From NCBI RefSeq assembly GCF_017753665.1, contig NZ_CP072524.1, positions 260,281-292,280 on the forward strand: a DNA stretch of 32,000 nucleotides, written 5' to 3'. Origin of the DNA: Neisseria sicca. Lineage in GTDB: Bacteria > Pseudomonadota > Gammaproteobacteria > Burkholderiales > Neisseriaceae. A program made the position numbers and the translations under genes. Below the pieces are notes generated by a model. The model was not told where the DNA came from and did not search any database. It saw only the letters and a program-made list of their open reading frames with translations. Of this stretch, positions 1-8,283 are shown in pieces; the first letter of the stretch is position 1, and each line of letters opens with the position of its first letter.

Positions 1-111
1 TTCCAGACGGTCTTTAAAGAAGCAGTCGAACAAATACATGCCAATGGGGTGGGATATAGGGTATTTGTGGAGAGGCTGGAGAAGTTTTTGAAGGAAGAGG
101 TTTTTTTGTGA
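1..111 (+). CDS. 3' end of an ORF truncated by the window edge; unknown function
   Basis: Frame 1 is open from base 1 to TGA at 109-111 (..FQTVFKEAVEQIHANGVGYRVFVERLEKFLKEEVFL*). It is AT-rich like the two genes that follow and too short to classify. Confidence 0.3.
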   Translation, partial: FQTVFKEAVEQIHANGVGYRVFVERLEKFLKEEVFL

Positions 112-158
112 GTTATTGGTTTTGTTTGAATACATTTTTTATGGGGTAATTTCTCCGT

Positions 159-167
159 TGTTATAAT
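159..167 (+). promoter_or_regulatory. Candidate extended -10 promoter element (TGTTATAAT) for the ATPase/PIN cassette
   Basis: TGnTATAAT match at 159-167, about 48 nt upstream of the ATG at 215. It lies after the upstream ORF stop (111), with AAAGG at 201-205 as a possible SD. No convincing -35. Confidence 0.35.
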
Positions 168-214
168 GTAGATATTTCTCCGGTGAGAATGGAATATTCG
201 AAAGGTATATACAA

Positions 215-1507
215 ATGCTTCAAAAGATCCATATACAAAATTTTAAAAGTTATAAAAATCAGGATTTACACCTTGCTCCATTGACTTTAATGATTGGTGC
301 AAATGCTTCCGGTAAAAGTAATGCGATTGAAGCTTTTAGATTTTTATGTTGGTTGGCTGGCGGCCAGAAATTATCGGTTTTACAAAATGCAGTTAATGAT
401 TCAGAAAAAATTATTCGAGGGAATGTATGGGATTTATTTTACCCTGAGTCAGGCTCCTTTGTTTTAGGGGGTACTACGGATGATAAAGCATGGAATACTT
501 TCGAAGTGGAGTTGGATTTAAGAAATAATGAAGAATTACATATAAAGCAGGAAAAAATCACTGCTGTTGATGAGAAAGTGCCTTTGTATGAAATTAAGCA
601 AATATCGAAGGGTTTGGGAACAGATGTCAGCGTGGCATACAATAATTTTGCTAAAGGAATGAAACCTCAAATTCGCTGTACAGACCAAATCACTATCATG
701 AATCAACTATCCGGTCCGGCACCGTTTGCGGCAAAAGATAAAAAAGCGCAAAAAGAAATTCCAAAAATTACTAATAGATTTCAAGAATTACTTAGTAATA
801 CCTTATTTTTAGACCCTGTTCCATATTTAATGAGAGAAGATAGTTATCCGAATAGAAGGCTTCAGGGGAATTGCTCGAATTTGTCCGGTGTACTTTATAC
901 GCTATGGGAAAATGAAAAGAATCGACCGGCTATTCTTGATTTCATAAAAAGTTTGCCAGAGCAGGATATCAAAGATATTCGATTTTCAAAAAATGGTAGG
1001 GGGGAAGTTTACTTAGAATTGGTTGAAAATTTTGGAAATCAAGAACGAAGTCAGTCTGCCGGATTACTTTCAGATGGTACTTTGCGTGTCTTGGCTATTG
1101 CCGCCGCTTTGTTGTCAGTTCAGGAGGGTTCGACTGTTGTGATAGAGGAGGTTGATAATGGAATTCATCCTTCAAGGGCAAGGCAGTTGCTGGAAACTAT
1201 GCAAAGACAAGCCGAGAAAAGAAAAATCAGATTATTGCTTTCAACTCATAATCCTGCTCTGATGGATGCACTTCCTGATAATGCGTTAGGTGATGTGGTC
1301 TTTTGTTATCGCGATATGAAAGAAGGGGATAGCCGTTTAATTAAACTATCTGACTTATCCGATTATCCTGAGTTGATTCTGCAGGGTAAGTTGGGAGGAT
1401 TGGTCACAAAAGGTATTGTTGACCGTTTTGTGAAAAATCCTGTTGATAAGGAAGAGAAAAAGCGGAAGGCTTTAGCATGGCTGGAAAATATCAAGGGGAA
1501 TTCGTGA
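215..1507 (+). CDS. ABC/SMC-like ATPase of the AAA_21/AAA_15 type (430 aa), candidate defence-system ATPase
   Basis: Walker A GANASGKS (res 28-35), signature-like LSDGTLRVL, Walker B/D-loop VVIEEVDNGIHP and H-loop LSTHNP, in the order typical of stand-alone ABC-type ATPases paired with nucleases. AT-rich codon usage unlike the neighbouring core genes. Confidence 0.85.
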   Translation: MLQKIHIQNFKSYKNQDLHLAPLTLMIGANASGKSNAIEAFRFLCWLAGGQKLSVLQNAVNDSEKIIRGNVWDLFYPESGSFVLGGTTDDKAWNTFEVELDLRNNEELHIKQEKITAVDEKVPLYEIKQISKGLGTDVSVAYNNFAKGMKPQIRCTDQITIMNQLSGPAPFAAKDKKAQKEIPKITNRFQELLSNTLFLDPVPYLMREDSYPNRRLQGNCSNLSGVLYTLWENEKNRPAILDFIKSLPEQDIKDIRFSKNGRGEVYLELVENFGNQERSQSAGLLSDGTLRVLAIAAALLSVQEGSTVVIEEVDNGIHPSRARQLLETMQRQAEKRKIRLLLSTHNPALMDALPDNALGDVVFCYRDMKEGDSRLIKLSDLSDYPELILQGKLGGLVTKGIVDRFVKNPVDKEEKKRKALAWLENIKGNS

Positions 1508-1992
1508 TGAATTCGATATGTATTATTGATACCAGTGTTTTTTTGAATATTCTAGATGTGCCGAACAGAAATAATGAGAAAGAGAGAGTAATTAATAATT
1601 TTAAAGAATATATTAACTTAGGAGCGACGTTTATGTTACCTATGGCTACTGTTTTGGAAACAGGAAATCATATTGCTCAAAATGGAGATGGTAATGTGCG
1701 GAGAAAAACGGCACAGAGATTTTGTAATCATGTTCGTCAAGCTATAACAGGGGAAGCTCCTTATCGGACCAGTGATTTTCCAGATACGGGAGAGGTATTG
1801 AAATGGTTGGCTGAATTTCCTGATTCGGCAGGTAGAAATAAGACTCCTGATAGACATGAAGGAACAAGTTTTGGGGATTTAAGCATCATCAAGGAATATG
1901 AGAAAGCCAAATTCAAATCTCCTATGAGTGAAATTTGGATTTGGTCTCTTGATAGTGATTTGAAAAATTATCATTACAAGCCTAATCAATAA
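1507..1992 (+). CDS. Small PIN-like domain protein (161 aa), putative nuclease partner of the ATPase
   Basis: The ATG at 1507 shares its A with the ATPase stop (GTGATGA, 1504-1510), with AAGGGGA at 1494-1500 as SD. The N-terminus MNSICIIDTSVF resembles PIN strand 1. The acidic positions D8, E51 (LETGNH), D124 (FGDLSII) and D149/D151 (SLDSDL) have PIN-like spacing. The track ORF starts 30 nt earlier at 1477, which I consider less likely. Confidence 0.7.
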   Translation: MNSICIIDTSVFLNILDVPNRNNEKERVINNFKEYINLGATFMLPMATVLETGNHIAQNGDGNVRRKTAQRFCNHVRQAITGEAPYRTSDFPDTGEVLKWLAEFPDSAGRNKTPDRHEGTSFGDLSIIKEYEKAKFKSPMSEIWIWSLDSDLKNYHYKPNQ

Positions 1993-2026
1993 TAAACTCA
2001 CATAACCAATACAGTGAACCTTACCT

Positions 2027-2061
2027 TTCAGACGACCTCCCGAATCCAAACGCCGTCTGAA
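2027..2061. terminator. Inverted DUS pair (TTCAGACGACCT ... GCCGTCTGAA) at the island/core boundary
   Basis: Reverse AG-mucDUS at 2027-2038 and forward GCCGTCTGAA at 2052-2061 form an imperfect hairpin downstream of the PIN-like gene and upstream of gcvP. Confidence 0.55.
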
Positions 2062-2114
2062 ACATCAAAACACCTGCCTTCGCGGCAGATTCCTACAACA
2101 CCGAAGGAGTAGAA

Positions 2115-4967
2115 ATGAAACTATCCGAACTGTTTAACCCCAACGAATTTGCCGCGCGGCATTTGAGTTTCGGCGACGAGGCTGCGCTTTTGGAAGCGCT
2201 CGGCGAGAAGAACATGGACGACTTTGTCGGCAACACCGTGCCGCAAAGCATCCGTATGCCGTCCGAACTCGACCTGCCCGAAGCACTGACCGAGGCGGAC
2301 GCTTTGGCGAAGCTGAAAGCCATTGCGGCGAAAAACGTGATCAACAAATCCTATATCGGTTTGGGCTATTACCCGACCCGCGTGCCGAATGTAATTTTGC
2401 GCAACGTATTGGAAAATCCGGGTTGGTACACTGCCTACACCCCGTATCAGGCGGAAATCGCACAGGGACGTTTGGAGGCTTTGTTGAACTTCCAACAAGT
2501 GTGTATCGATTTGACCGGTTTCCCTGTGGCAGGCGCGTCTTTGTTGGACGAGGCAACTGCCGCCGCCGAAGCGATGGCGATGGCGCACCGAGTGGGCAAA
2601 GTGAAATCCGAGCGTTTCTTTGTGGATGCGCGCGTCTATCCGCAGACTTTGGACGTGATGAAAACCCGCGCCAAATATTTCGGCTTTGAACTGGTGGTCG
2701 GCGATTTTGCCCAAGCGGATGAAGGCGAATACTTCGGCGCGCTGCTCCAATACGTCGGCAAAGACGGCGATGTACAAGACTTGCAGGATGTTATCGGCCG
2801 TCTGAAAGCCAAAGGTACAATCGTGGCCGTTGCCGCCGACATCATGAGCTTGGTTTTGCTGAAATCACCTGCTGAGTTGGGTGCAGACATTGCTTTGGGC
2901 AACACCCAACGCTTCGGTGTGCCGATGGGCTTCGGTGGTCCGCACGCTGCTTATTTCGCGTTTAAAGACGAGTTCAAACGTTCCGCTCCGGGACGCATCA
3001 TCGGCGTATCCAAAGATGCATCGGGCAAACCTGCCTTGCGCATGGCTTTGTCCACACGCGAGCAACACATCCGCCGCGAAAAAGCGACATCCAATATTTG
3101 TACCGCACAGGCATTGCTGGCGAACTTGGCGGGCATGTATGCCGTCTATCACGGCCCTGAAGGTGTGAAACGCATTGCCAACCGCATTCATGCGCTGGCT
3201 TCTGCCTTTGCCGATGCGCTGGTTTCAGACGGCCTGAATGTGGTTCACAAAGTCTTCTTCGATACCGTTACTGTCGATTTCGGTAGCAAAGAGAAAGCAG
3301 ACCAAGTGTTTGCCGCTGCTTTGGAATCGGGTTACAACCTGCGCCGCGTTAACGATACTCAAGTTGCGGCTGCATTCCATGAAACGTCGGCATACGAAGA
3401 TTTGGTCGATTTGTACCGCGTGTTTACCGGCAAGGATACGTTCACATTTGCCGATGATGTCAAAGGCCGTCTGAACGCCGAATTACTGCGTCAGGACGAC
3501 ATTCTGCAACATCCTGTGTTCAATAGTTACCATACCGAACACGAAATGTTGCGCTACCTGAAAAAACTCGAAGACCGCGACTTGGCGATGAACCGCAGCA
3601 TGATTTCATTGGGCAGCTGCACCATGAAACTCAACGCGACTGCGGAAATGTTGCCGATTACTTGGGCTGAGTTCACCGACATCCATCCTTACGCTCCCGA
3701 AGCGCAAACCGCCGGCTACCGCGAATTGCTTGCCGATATGGAAAACAGCCTGAAAGCCATCACTGGCTTTGACGCGATTTCCTTCCAGCCCAACTCCGGC
3801 GCGCAGGGCGAATACAGCGGTATGCTCTCTATCCGCCGCTATCAGGAAGCCCAAGGCGAAGCGCACCGCAATATCTGCCTGATTCCCAAATCCGCACACG
3901 GCACCAACCCCGCCACCGCCGCCATGCTCGGGTTGAAAGTCGTCGTTGTCGATACCGACGAACACGGCAACGTCAACATCGACGATTTGAAAGCCAAAGC
4001 CGAACAACACCGCGACGCCTTGTCCGCCATTATGATTACCTACCCGTCCACCCACGGCGTGTACGAAGAAGGCATCCGCGACATCTGCCGCATCATCCAT
4101 GAAAACGGCGGACAGGTTTACATGGACGGCGCCAACCTCAACGCCCAAATCGGCATCATGCAGCCCGCCGAAGTCGGCGCGGACGTGTTGCACATGAACC
4201 TGCACAAAACCTTCTGTATCCCCCACGGCGGCGGCGGCCCGGGCATGGGTCCCATCGGCCTGAAAGCCCACCTTGCCCCGTTTGCCCCAGGCCATACCTT
4301 GACCGACACGCACAGCGCAAGTGCCGGGCAAACCGCCGTTTCCTCCGCCGCCTTCGGTTCCGCGTCCATCTTGCCGATTACCTGGATGTACCTGACCATG
4401 ATGGGCAAACAAGGCATGGAACAGGCAACGCGCTGGGCATTGCTCAACGCCAACTACGTCGCCAAACGCCTGAGCGAAGACTATCCCGTTCTCTACACAG
4501 GCAAAAACGGCCGCGTCGCGCACGAATGCATCGTCGATTTGCGCCCGCTCAAAGCCGAAAGCGGCATCACCGAAACCGACATCGCCAAACGCCTGATGGA
4601 CTACGGCTTCCACGCCCCGACCGTCTCCTTTCCCGTTGCCGGCACGCTGATGATCGAACCGACCGAAAGCGAGAGCAAAGCCGAACTCGACCGCTTCATC
4701 GCAGCCCTGAAGCAAATCAAGCAGGAAGTGTTGAAAGTCGAGAGCGGCGAATGGCCGAAAGACGACAACCCGCTGGTCAACGCCCCGCACACCGCCGCCG
4801 ACGTAACCGGCGAATGGGCGCATCCGTACTCCCGCGAAGAAGCCGTCTTCCCGCTGCCTTTCGTGCGCGAAAACAAATTCTGGCCGAGCGTCAACCGCGT
4901 GGACGACGTGTACGGCGACCGAAATCTGGTCTGCTCCTGCCCGCCGATGGAAGCGTATGAAGATTAA
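2115..4967 (+). CDS. gcvP: Glycine dehydrogenase (decarboxylating), glycine cleavage system P protein
   Basis: 950-aa ORF with the characteristic GcvP sequence throughout ([27 protein letters not shown], the PLP-lysine region [16 protein letters not shown]). AGGAG SD at 2105-2109. Confidence 0.97.
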   Translation: MKLSELFNPNEFAARHLSFGDEAALLEALGEKNMDDFVGNTVPQSIRMPSELDLPEALTEADALAKLKAIAAKNVINKSYIGLGYYPTRVPNVILRNVLENPGWYTAYTPYQAEIAQGRLEALLNFQQVCIDLTGFPVAGASLLDEATAAAEAMAMAHRVGKVKSERFFVDARVYPQTLDVMKTRAKYFGFELVVGDFAQADEGEYFGALLQYVGKDGDVQDLQDVIGRLKAKGTIVAVAADIMSLVLLKSPAELGADIALGNTQRFGVPMGFGGPHAAYFAFKDEFKRSAPGRIIGVSKDASGKPALRMALSTREQHIRREKATSNICTAQALLANLAGMYAVYHGPEGVKRIANRIHALASAFADALVSDGLNVVHKVFFDTVTVDFGSKEKADQVFAAALESGYNLRRVNDTQVAAAFHETSAYEDLVDLYRVFTGKDTFTFADDVKGRLNAELLRQDDILQHPVFNSYHTEHEMLRYLKKLEDRDLAMNRSMISLGSCTMKLNATAEMLPITWAEFTDIHPYAPEAQTAGYRELLADMENSLKAITGFDAISFQPNSGAQGEYSGMLSIRRYQEAQGEAHRNICLIPKSAHGTNPATAAMLGLKVVVVDTDEHGNVNIDDLKAKAEQHRDALSAIMITYPSTHGVYEEGIRDICRIIHENGGQVYMDGANLNAQIGIMQPAEVGADVLHMNLHKTFCIPHGGGGPGMGPIGLKAHLAPFAPGHTLTDTHSASAGQTAVSSAAFGSASILPITWMYLTMMGKQGMEQATRWALLNANYVAKRLSEDYPVLYTGKNGRVAHECIVDLRPLKAESGITETDIAKRLMDYGFHAPTVSFPVAGTLMIEPTESESKAELDRFIAALKQIKQEVLKVESGEWPKDDNPLVNAPHTAADVTGEWAHPYSREEAVFPLPFVRENKFWPSVNRVDDVYGDRNLVCSCPPMEAYED

Positions 4968-4981
4968 GGTTTGACATGAAG

Positions 4982-5020
4982 AAAGGCCGTCTGAAAATTT
5001 CAGACGACCTTTGTTTTAAA
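4982..5020. terminator. DUS inverted-repeat terminator after gcvP
   Basis: AGGCCGTCTGAA (4984-4995) and TTCAGACGACCT (4999-5010) form a hairpin followed by TTGTTTT. Confidence 0.8.
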
Positions 5021-5070
5021 AAACATTCATTCAGAAGGTAGCGCGATTACGCCTTATCTGTTTGTCAGTT

Positions 5071-5229
5071 TTATTTTTTCTTGCCAAAAATCAGGGACAA
5101 CACTGACAAAATCAGGAAACCGACAAACAGGATTTTAGCGATACCTGCCGCGCTGCCTGCAATACCACCAAAGCCCAGTACGGCTGCAATAATGGCGATG
5201 ACGAAGAAAACAACTGCATAATGAAGCAT
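5071..5229 (-). CDS. DUF1328/UPF0391 family small membrane protein (52 aa); absent from the ORF track
   Basis: Minus-strand translation gives [52 protein letters not shown]. The GFGGIAG..A.IAK core is typical of YtjA-like proteins. SD-like GGAAAAAAC precedes the ATG. Confidence 0.8.
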   Translation of the reverse strand: MLHYAVVFFVIAIIAAVLGFGGIAGSAAGIAKILFVGFLILSVLSLIFGKKK

Positions 5230-5645
5230 GGTTTTTTCCTTTCTGTTTGGTGTGCAAACGGTTTGATGTGCAAACGGTTGAGGGAGATCTGTCCGTTTTT
5301 TGTAGGTGTTAACAGTTTTAATTACTTAATCAACTATCTTATTGATTAATTTAATACTCACGGATGTAACCGCTTATAGTACACCTTATCGGATAACCTC
5401 CGACTTAGCAAACCGTAACAATACAAATTTTCAAGAAATCAGCCCATTTATAAAATAACCAAACCATAAATCAACAACTTACATACAGACGTTAAGTTTT
5501 GAAAACATTTATATTTTATCAATTAAAGATTGCAGAGGAAATTTTCTTGTTAAATCAATATGAAAAAATAAGGATATATTAATATTGAAGGAATGTTTTG
5601 AAACCGTTTATTTGGATATTTTAGAAGAAGCGGAGCAGGAAAGAC

Positions 5646-5680
5646 AAAAGGTCGTCTGAAAAATTTCAGACGACCTTTTG
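5646..5680. terminator. DUS inverted-repeat terminator downstream of the U32 peptidase gene
   Basis: AGGTCGTCTGAA (5649-5660) and TTCAGACGACCT (5665-5676) form a perfect hairpin flanked by A/T runs, directly after the minus-strand stop at 5682. Confidence 0.8.
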
Positions 5681-5681
5681 A

Positions 5682-7034
5682 TTATTTGATGACCCGTGCC
5701 AACAAGGCTTTTTCTTTGCCCTGCATATTCGGGATTTTGACTTGGATGCCGTTGCCTGGGGCGACTTCGACGGCTGCGCCTTTACGGGTCATTTGTTCCA
5801 GCGTAATGGTTTGGTTGCCTTCGGGATGGATGATTTCCAAAGTATCGCCGACGGCGAAGCGGTTTTTAACTTCCACCGTTGCCCAGCCTTCGGCGTCGAT
5901 TTCGGTAACATGTCCGACGTATTGGCTTTGTTTGGCGGTGGAATGGCCGCTGAGGTAGTTTTGATAGTCTTGGGTTTGGTGGCGTTCGAGGAAGCCGCTG
6001 GTGTAGCCGCGGTTGGCGAGGCCTTCGAGTTCGCTCAGCAAGCCGTAGTCGAACGGGCGGCCTGCGACGGCATCGTCAATCGCTTTGCGGTAGGACTGGG
6101 CGACACGGGCGACGTAGTAGAGCGACTTGGTGCGGCCTTCGACTTTGAGGCTGTCCACGCCGATTTTGGCGAGTTTTTCAACGACTTCGATACCGCGCAG
6201 GTCTTTGGAATTCATGATATAGGTGCCGTGTTCGTCTTCCATAATCGGCATCATTTCGCCGGGACGGTTGGACTCTTCAATCAGGAAGACTTTGTCGGCG
6301 TAGGGGTGGCGTTTCTGACCGTTGATGCCTTCGAAGTTTTGGTTGGCTTCTTCTTGGGCTTTTTCAAAGTTGAAACCTTGCAGAAGCTGGGCGTCGCCCG
6401 CATCGCTTTCAGTGGCGTTGTGGACTTTGTAATCCCAACGGCAGGAGTTGGTACAGGTACCTTGGTTGGGGTCGCGGTGGTTGAAGTAGCCGGAGAGCAG
6501 GCAGCGGCCTGAATAGGCGATGCACAATGCGCCGTGGATGAAGACTTCGAGTTCGATGTCGGGGCATTCTTGGCGGATTTCGGCGATTTCTTCCATGCTC
6601 AATTCGCGCGACAGGATGATGCGTTCGACGCCGATGTTCTGCCAGAATTTCACGCCCCAATAGTTGGTGGTGTTTGCCTGTACGGACAGGTGGATCGGCA
6701 TTTCCGGCCATTTTTCGCGCACGGTCATAATCAAACCCGGATCCGCCATAATCAGCGCGTCGGGTTTCATGGCAATCAGCGGCTCCATGTCGGCGACGAA
6801 GGTTTTGAGTTTGGAATTGTGCGGCAGGGTGTTGACGGTCAAAAAGAATTTTTTGTTGCGCTCGTGCGCTTCTTTAATGCCTTGCTCGAGGACGTCGAGT
6901 TTGGCAAATTCGTTGTTGCGGGCGCGCAGGGAGTAACGCGGGCTGCCGGCATAAACGGCGTCTGCGCCGTAATCGTAGGCGGCGCGCATACGTTCGAGGC
7001 CGCCGGCGGGAAGGAGGAGTTCGGGTGCTTTCAT
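5682..7034 (-). CDS. yegQ: U32 family peptidase / tRNA hydroxylation protein (YegQ/TrhP-like)
   Basis: 450-aa ORF. The N-terminal PELLLPAGGLERMRAAYDYGADAVY and the central cysteine-rich CIAYSGRCLLSGY...GTCTNSCRW motif are typical of U32 (PrtC/YegQ) proteins. Confidence 0.9.
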   Translation of the reverse strand: MKAPELLLPAGGLERMRAAYDYGADAVYAGSPRYSLRARNNEFAKLDVLEQGIKEAHERNKKFFLTVNTLPHNSKLKTFVADMEPLIAMKPDALIMADPGLIMTVREKWPEMPIHLSVQANTTNYWGVKFWQNIGVERIILSRELSMEEIAEIRQECPDIELEVFIHGALCIAYSGRCLLSGYFNHRDPNQGTCTNSCRWDYKVHNATESDAGDAQLLQGFNFEKAQEEANQNFEGINGQKRHPYADKVFLIEESNRPGEMMPIMEDEHGTYIMNSKDLRGIEVVEKLAKIGVDSLKVEGRTKSLYYVARVAQSYRKAIDDAVAGRPFDYGLLSELEGLANRGYTSGFLERHQTQDYQNYLSGHSTAKQSQYVGHVTEIDAEGWATVEVKNRFAVGDTLEIIHPEGNQTITLEQMTRKGAAVEVAPGNGIQVKIPNMQGKEKALLARVIK

Positions 7035-7052
7035 GTTCGAGCTTTATAAAAG

Positions 7053-7096
7053 GTTTCAGACGACCTTTTGAATCACGGGGAAAGGTCGTCTGAAAA
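7053..7096. repeat. DUS inverted pair (reverse then forward) upstream of the yegQ-like gene
   Basis: TTCAGACGACCT at 7055-7066 and AGGTCGTCTGAA at 7083-7094, separated by a 16-nt spacer. Confidence 0.8.
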
Positions 7097-7392
7097 GGTG
7101 TTTAAGGATGGGCGGATTATCCGCCTTTTTGTCGGGACGGTCAATTTTGCGGGGGTATGTGTGGATTGTTTTGCGTTGTTTTTTCAGAAGAAAACGGATT
7201 TAAGAGTGGCAATGGGCGGATGGGCGTGACGGGCGGGGAAATGTAAAAAACGGACGGCAACCCGATTAATTTAACAAAAAGGCATTCAAAGAATGTATTT
7301 TCTTGTAAAATATCGAGTTTCATTTTTCCAATGTTCGGGAATCGGGCGGCTGCCGCAAACCGTTTCCCGGAGTTTTAGACAGGCGGACGAGT

Positions 7393-8139
7393 ATGGATTT
7401 TCGGTTTGACATTATTTACGAATACCGCTGGATGTTTTTCTACGGCGCGCTGACGACGCTGGGCTTGACCGTAGTGGCGACGGCAGGCGGCTCCGTATTG
7501 GGTCTGCTGCTCGCGCTGGCGCGCTTGATTCATCTGGAAAAGGCGGGTGCGCCCATGCGCGCGCTGGCTTGGGTTTTGCGTAAGGTTTCGCTGCTGTATG
7601 TAACGCTGTTCCGCGGTACGCCGCTGTTTGTGCAGATTGTGATTTGGTCTTACGTTTGGTTCCCGTTTTTCGTTCATCCTACCGACGGTTTGCTGATTAA
7701 CGGCGACGAGGCGGTGGAAATCCGACGTTCTTACGGCGCGCTGATTGCCGGTTCGCTTGCCTTGATTGCCAACTCCGGCGCGTATATCTGCGAGATTTTC
7801 CGCGCGGGCATCCAGTCCATTGACCGCGGTCAGATGGAAGCGGCGCGTTCGCTGGGGCTGACTTATCCGCAGGCTATGCGCTATGTGATTCTTCCGCAGG
7901 CTTTGCGCCGTATGCTGCCGCCGCTTGCCAGCGAATTTATTACGCTTTTGAAAGACAGCTCGCTCTTGTCCGTTATCGCCGTGGCGGAGTTGGCTTATGT
8001 GCAAAGTACGATTAGCGGCCGCTATTCCGTTTATGAAGAACCGCTCTATACCGTCGCGCTGATTTATCTCATGATGACGACTTTCTTAGGTTGGGTGTTC
8101 CTGCGCTTGGAAAACCGTTACAACCCGCAGCATCGTTGA
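7393..8139 (+). CDS. Amino-acid ABC transporter permease (His/Glu/Gln/Arg/opine, HisMQ-type), apparently orphan
   Basis: 248-aa multi-TM ORF with the EAA-like loop (EAARSLGLTYPQAMRYVILPQALRRMLPPL) typical of polar amino-acid permeases. No adjacent ATPase or binding-protein gene. Confidence 0.88.
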   Translation: MDFRFDIIYEYRWMFFYGALTTLGLTVVATAGGSVLGLLLALARLIHLEKAGAPMRALAWVLRKVSLLYVTLFRGTPLFVQIVIWSYVWFPFFVHPTDGLLINGDEAVEIRRSYGALIAGSLALIANSGAYICEIFRAGIQSIDRGQMEAARSLGLTYPQAMRYVILPQALRRMLPPLASEFITLLKDSSLLSVIAVAELAYVQSTISGRYSVYEEPLYTVALIYLMMTTFLGWVFLRLENRYNPQHR

Positions 8140-8178
8140 TTTCCGAATAAGCCGATTGTTTTCGGTCGGGATAATGTC

Positions 8179-8223
8179 AAAAGGTCGTCTGAAAACCGAT
8201 TTGGGTTTTCAGACGACCTTTTA
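8179..8223. terminator. DUS inverted-repeat terminator between the convergent permease and selO genes
   Basis: AGGTCGTCTGAA (8182-8193) and TTCAGACGACCT (8208-8219). Confidence 0.8.
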
Positions 8224-8283
8224 GTTTTTGGGGCTTACAGACCGAATAGGGTGATTTTGCCTTTGCCTTGTTGGAAATCTCAT

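Noticed and set aside
1-13. TTCCAGACGGTCT at the window start resembling a reverse DUS
   Set aside because: It carries an extra C relative to TTCAGACGG and lies within an ORF, so it is not a functional DUS match.
2062-2114. Possible glycine riboswitch upstream of gcvP
   Set aside because: Only about 53 nt lie between the DUS hairpin and the start codon, and there is just one small CTGCC/GGCAG hairpin. That is far too short for a glycine aptamer.
3606-4823. 405-aa minus-strand ORF, plus several shorter ones on both strands, inside gcvP
   Set aside because: It is antisense to a confidently identified conserved gene. The translation is Gly/Ala/Arg/Val-rich low complexity, typical of shadow ORFs in GC-rich coding DNA, and there is no start context.
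4526-4960. 144-aa Arg-rich plus-strand ORF in an alternative frame of the gcvP 3' end
   Set aside because: This is an out-of-frame overlap with gcvP. The extreme Arg/Pro content is typical of frame-shifted GC-rich coding sequence.
5085-5130. AAAAATCAGGGACAA resembling the Correia element subterminal sequence (AAAAATCAGGACAAGG)
   Set aside because: The similarity is a single match of about 14 nt inside the coding sequence of the DUF1328 gene. No Correia terminal repeats (TATAGTGGATTAA) occur anywhere in the window.
7141-7323. 60-aa minus-strand ORF in the yegQ-permease spacer. On the plus strand, a 31-codon ORF starts at about 7108 and overlaps a small GGCGGA/TCCGCC hairpin with a T-run (7111-7130).
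   Set aside because: Neither has an adequate SD spacing or any motif. The hairpin has only 6 bp with a 3-nt loop, which is too weak to call an orphan terminator or sRNA.
7375-8004. 209-aa minus-strand ORF overlapping the ABC permease
   Set aside because: The Arg/Gln-rich low-complexity translation is unconvincing, while the plus-strand permease has the conserved EAA loop and TM pattern.
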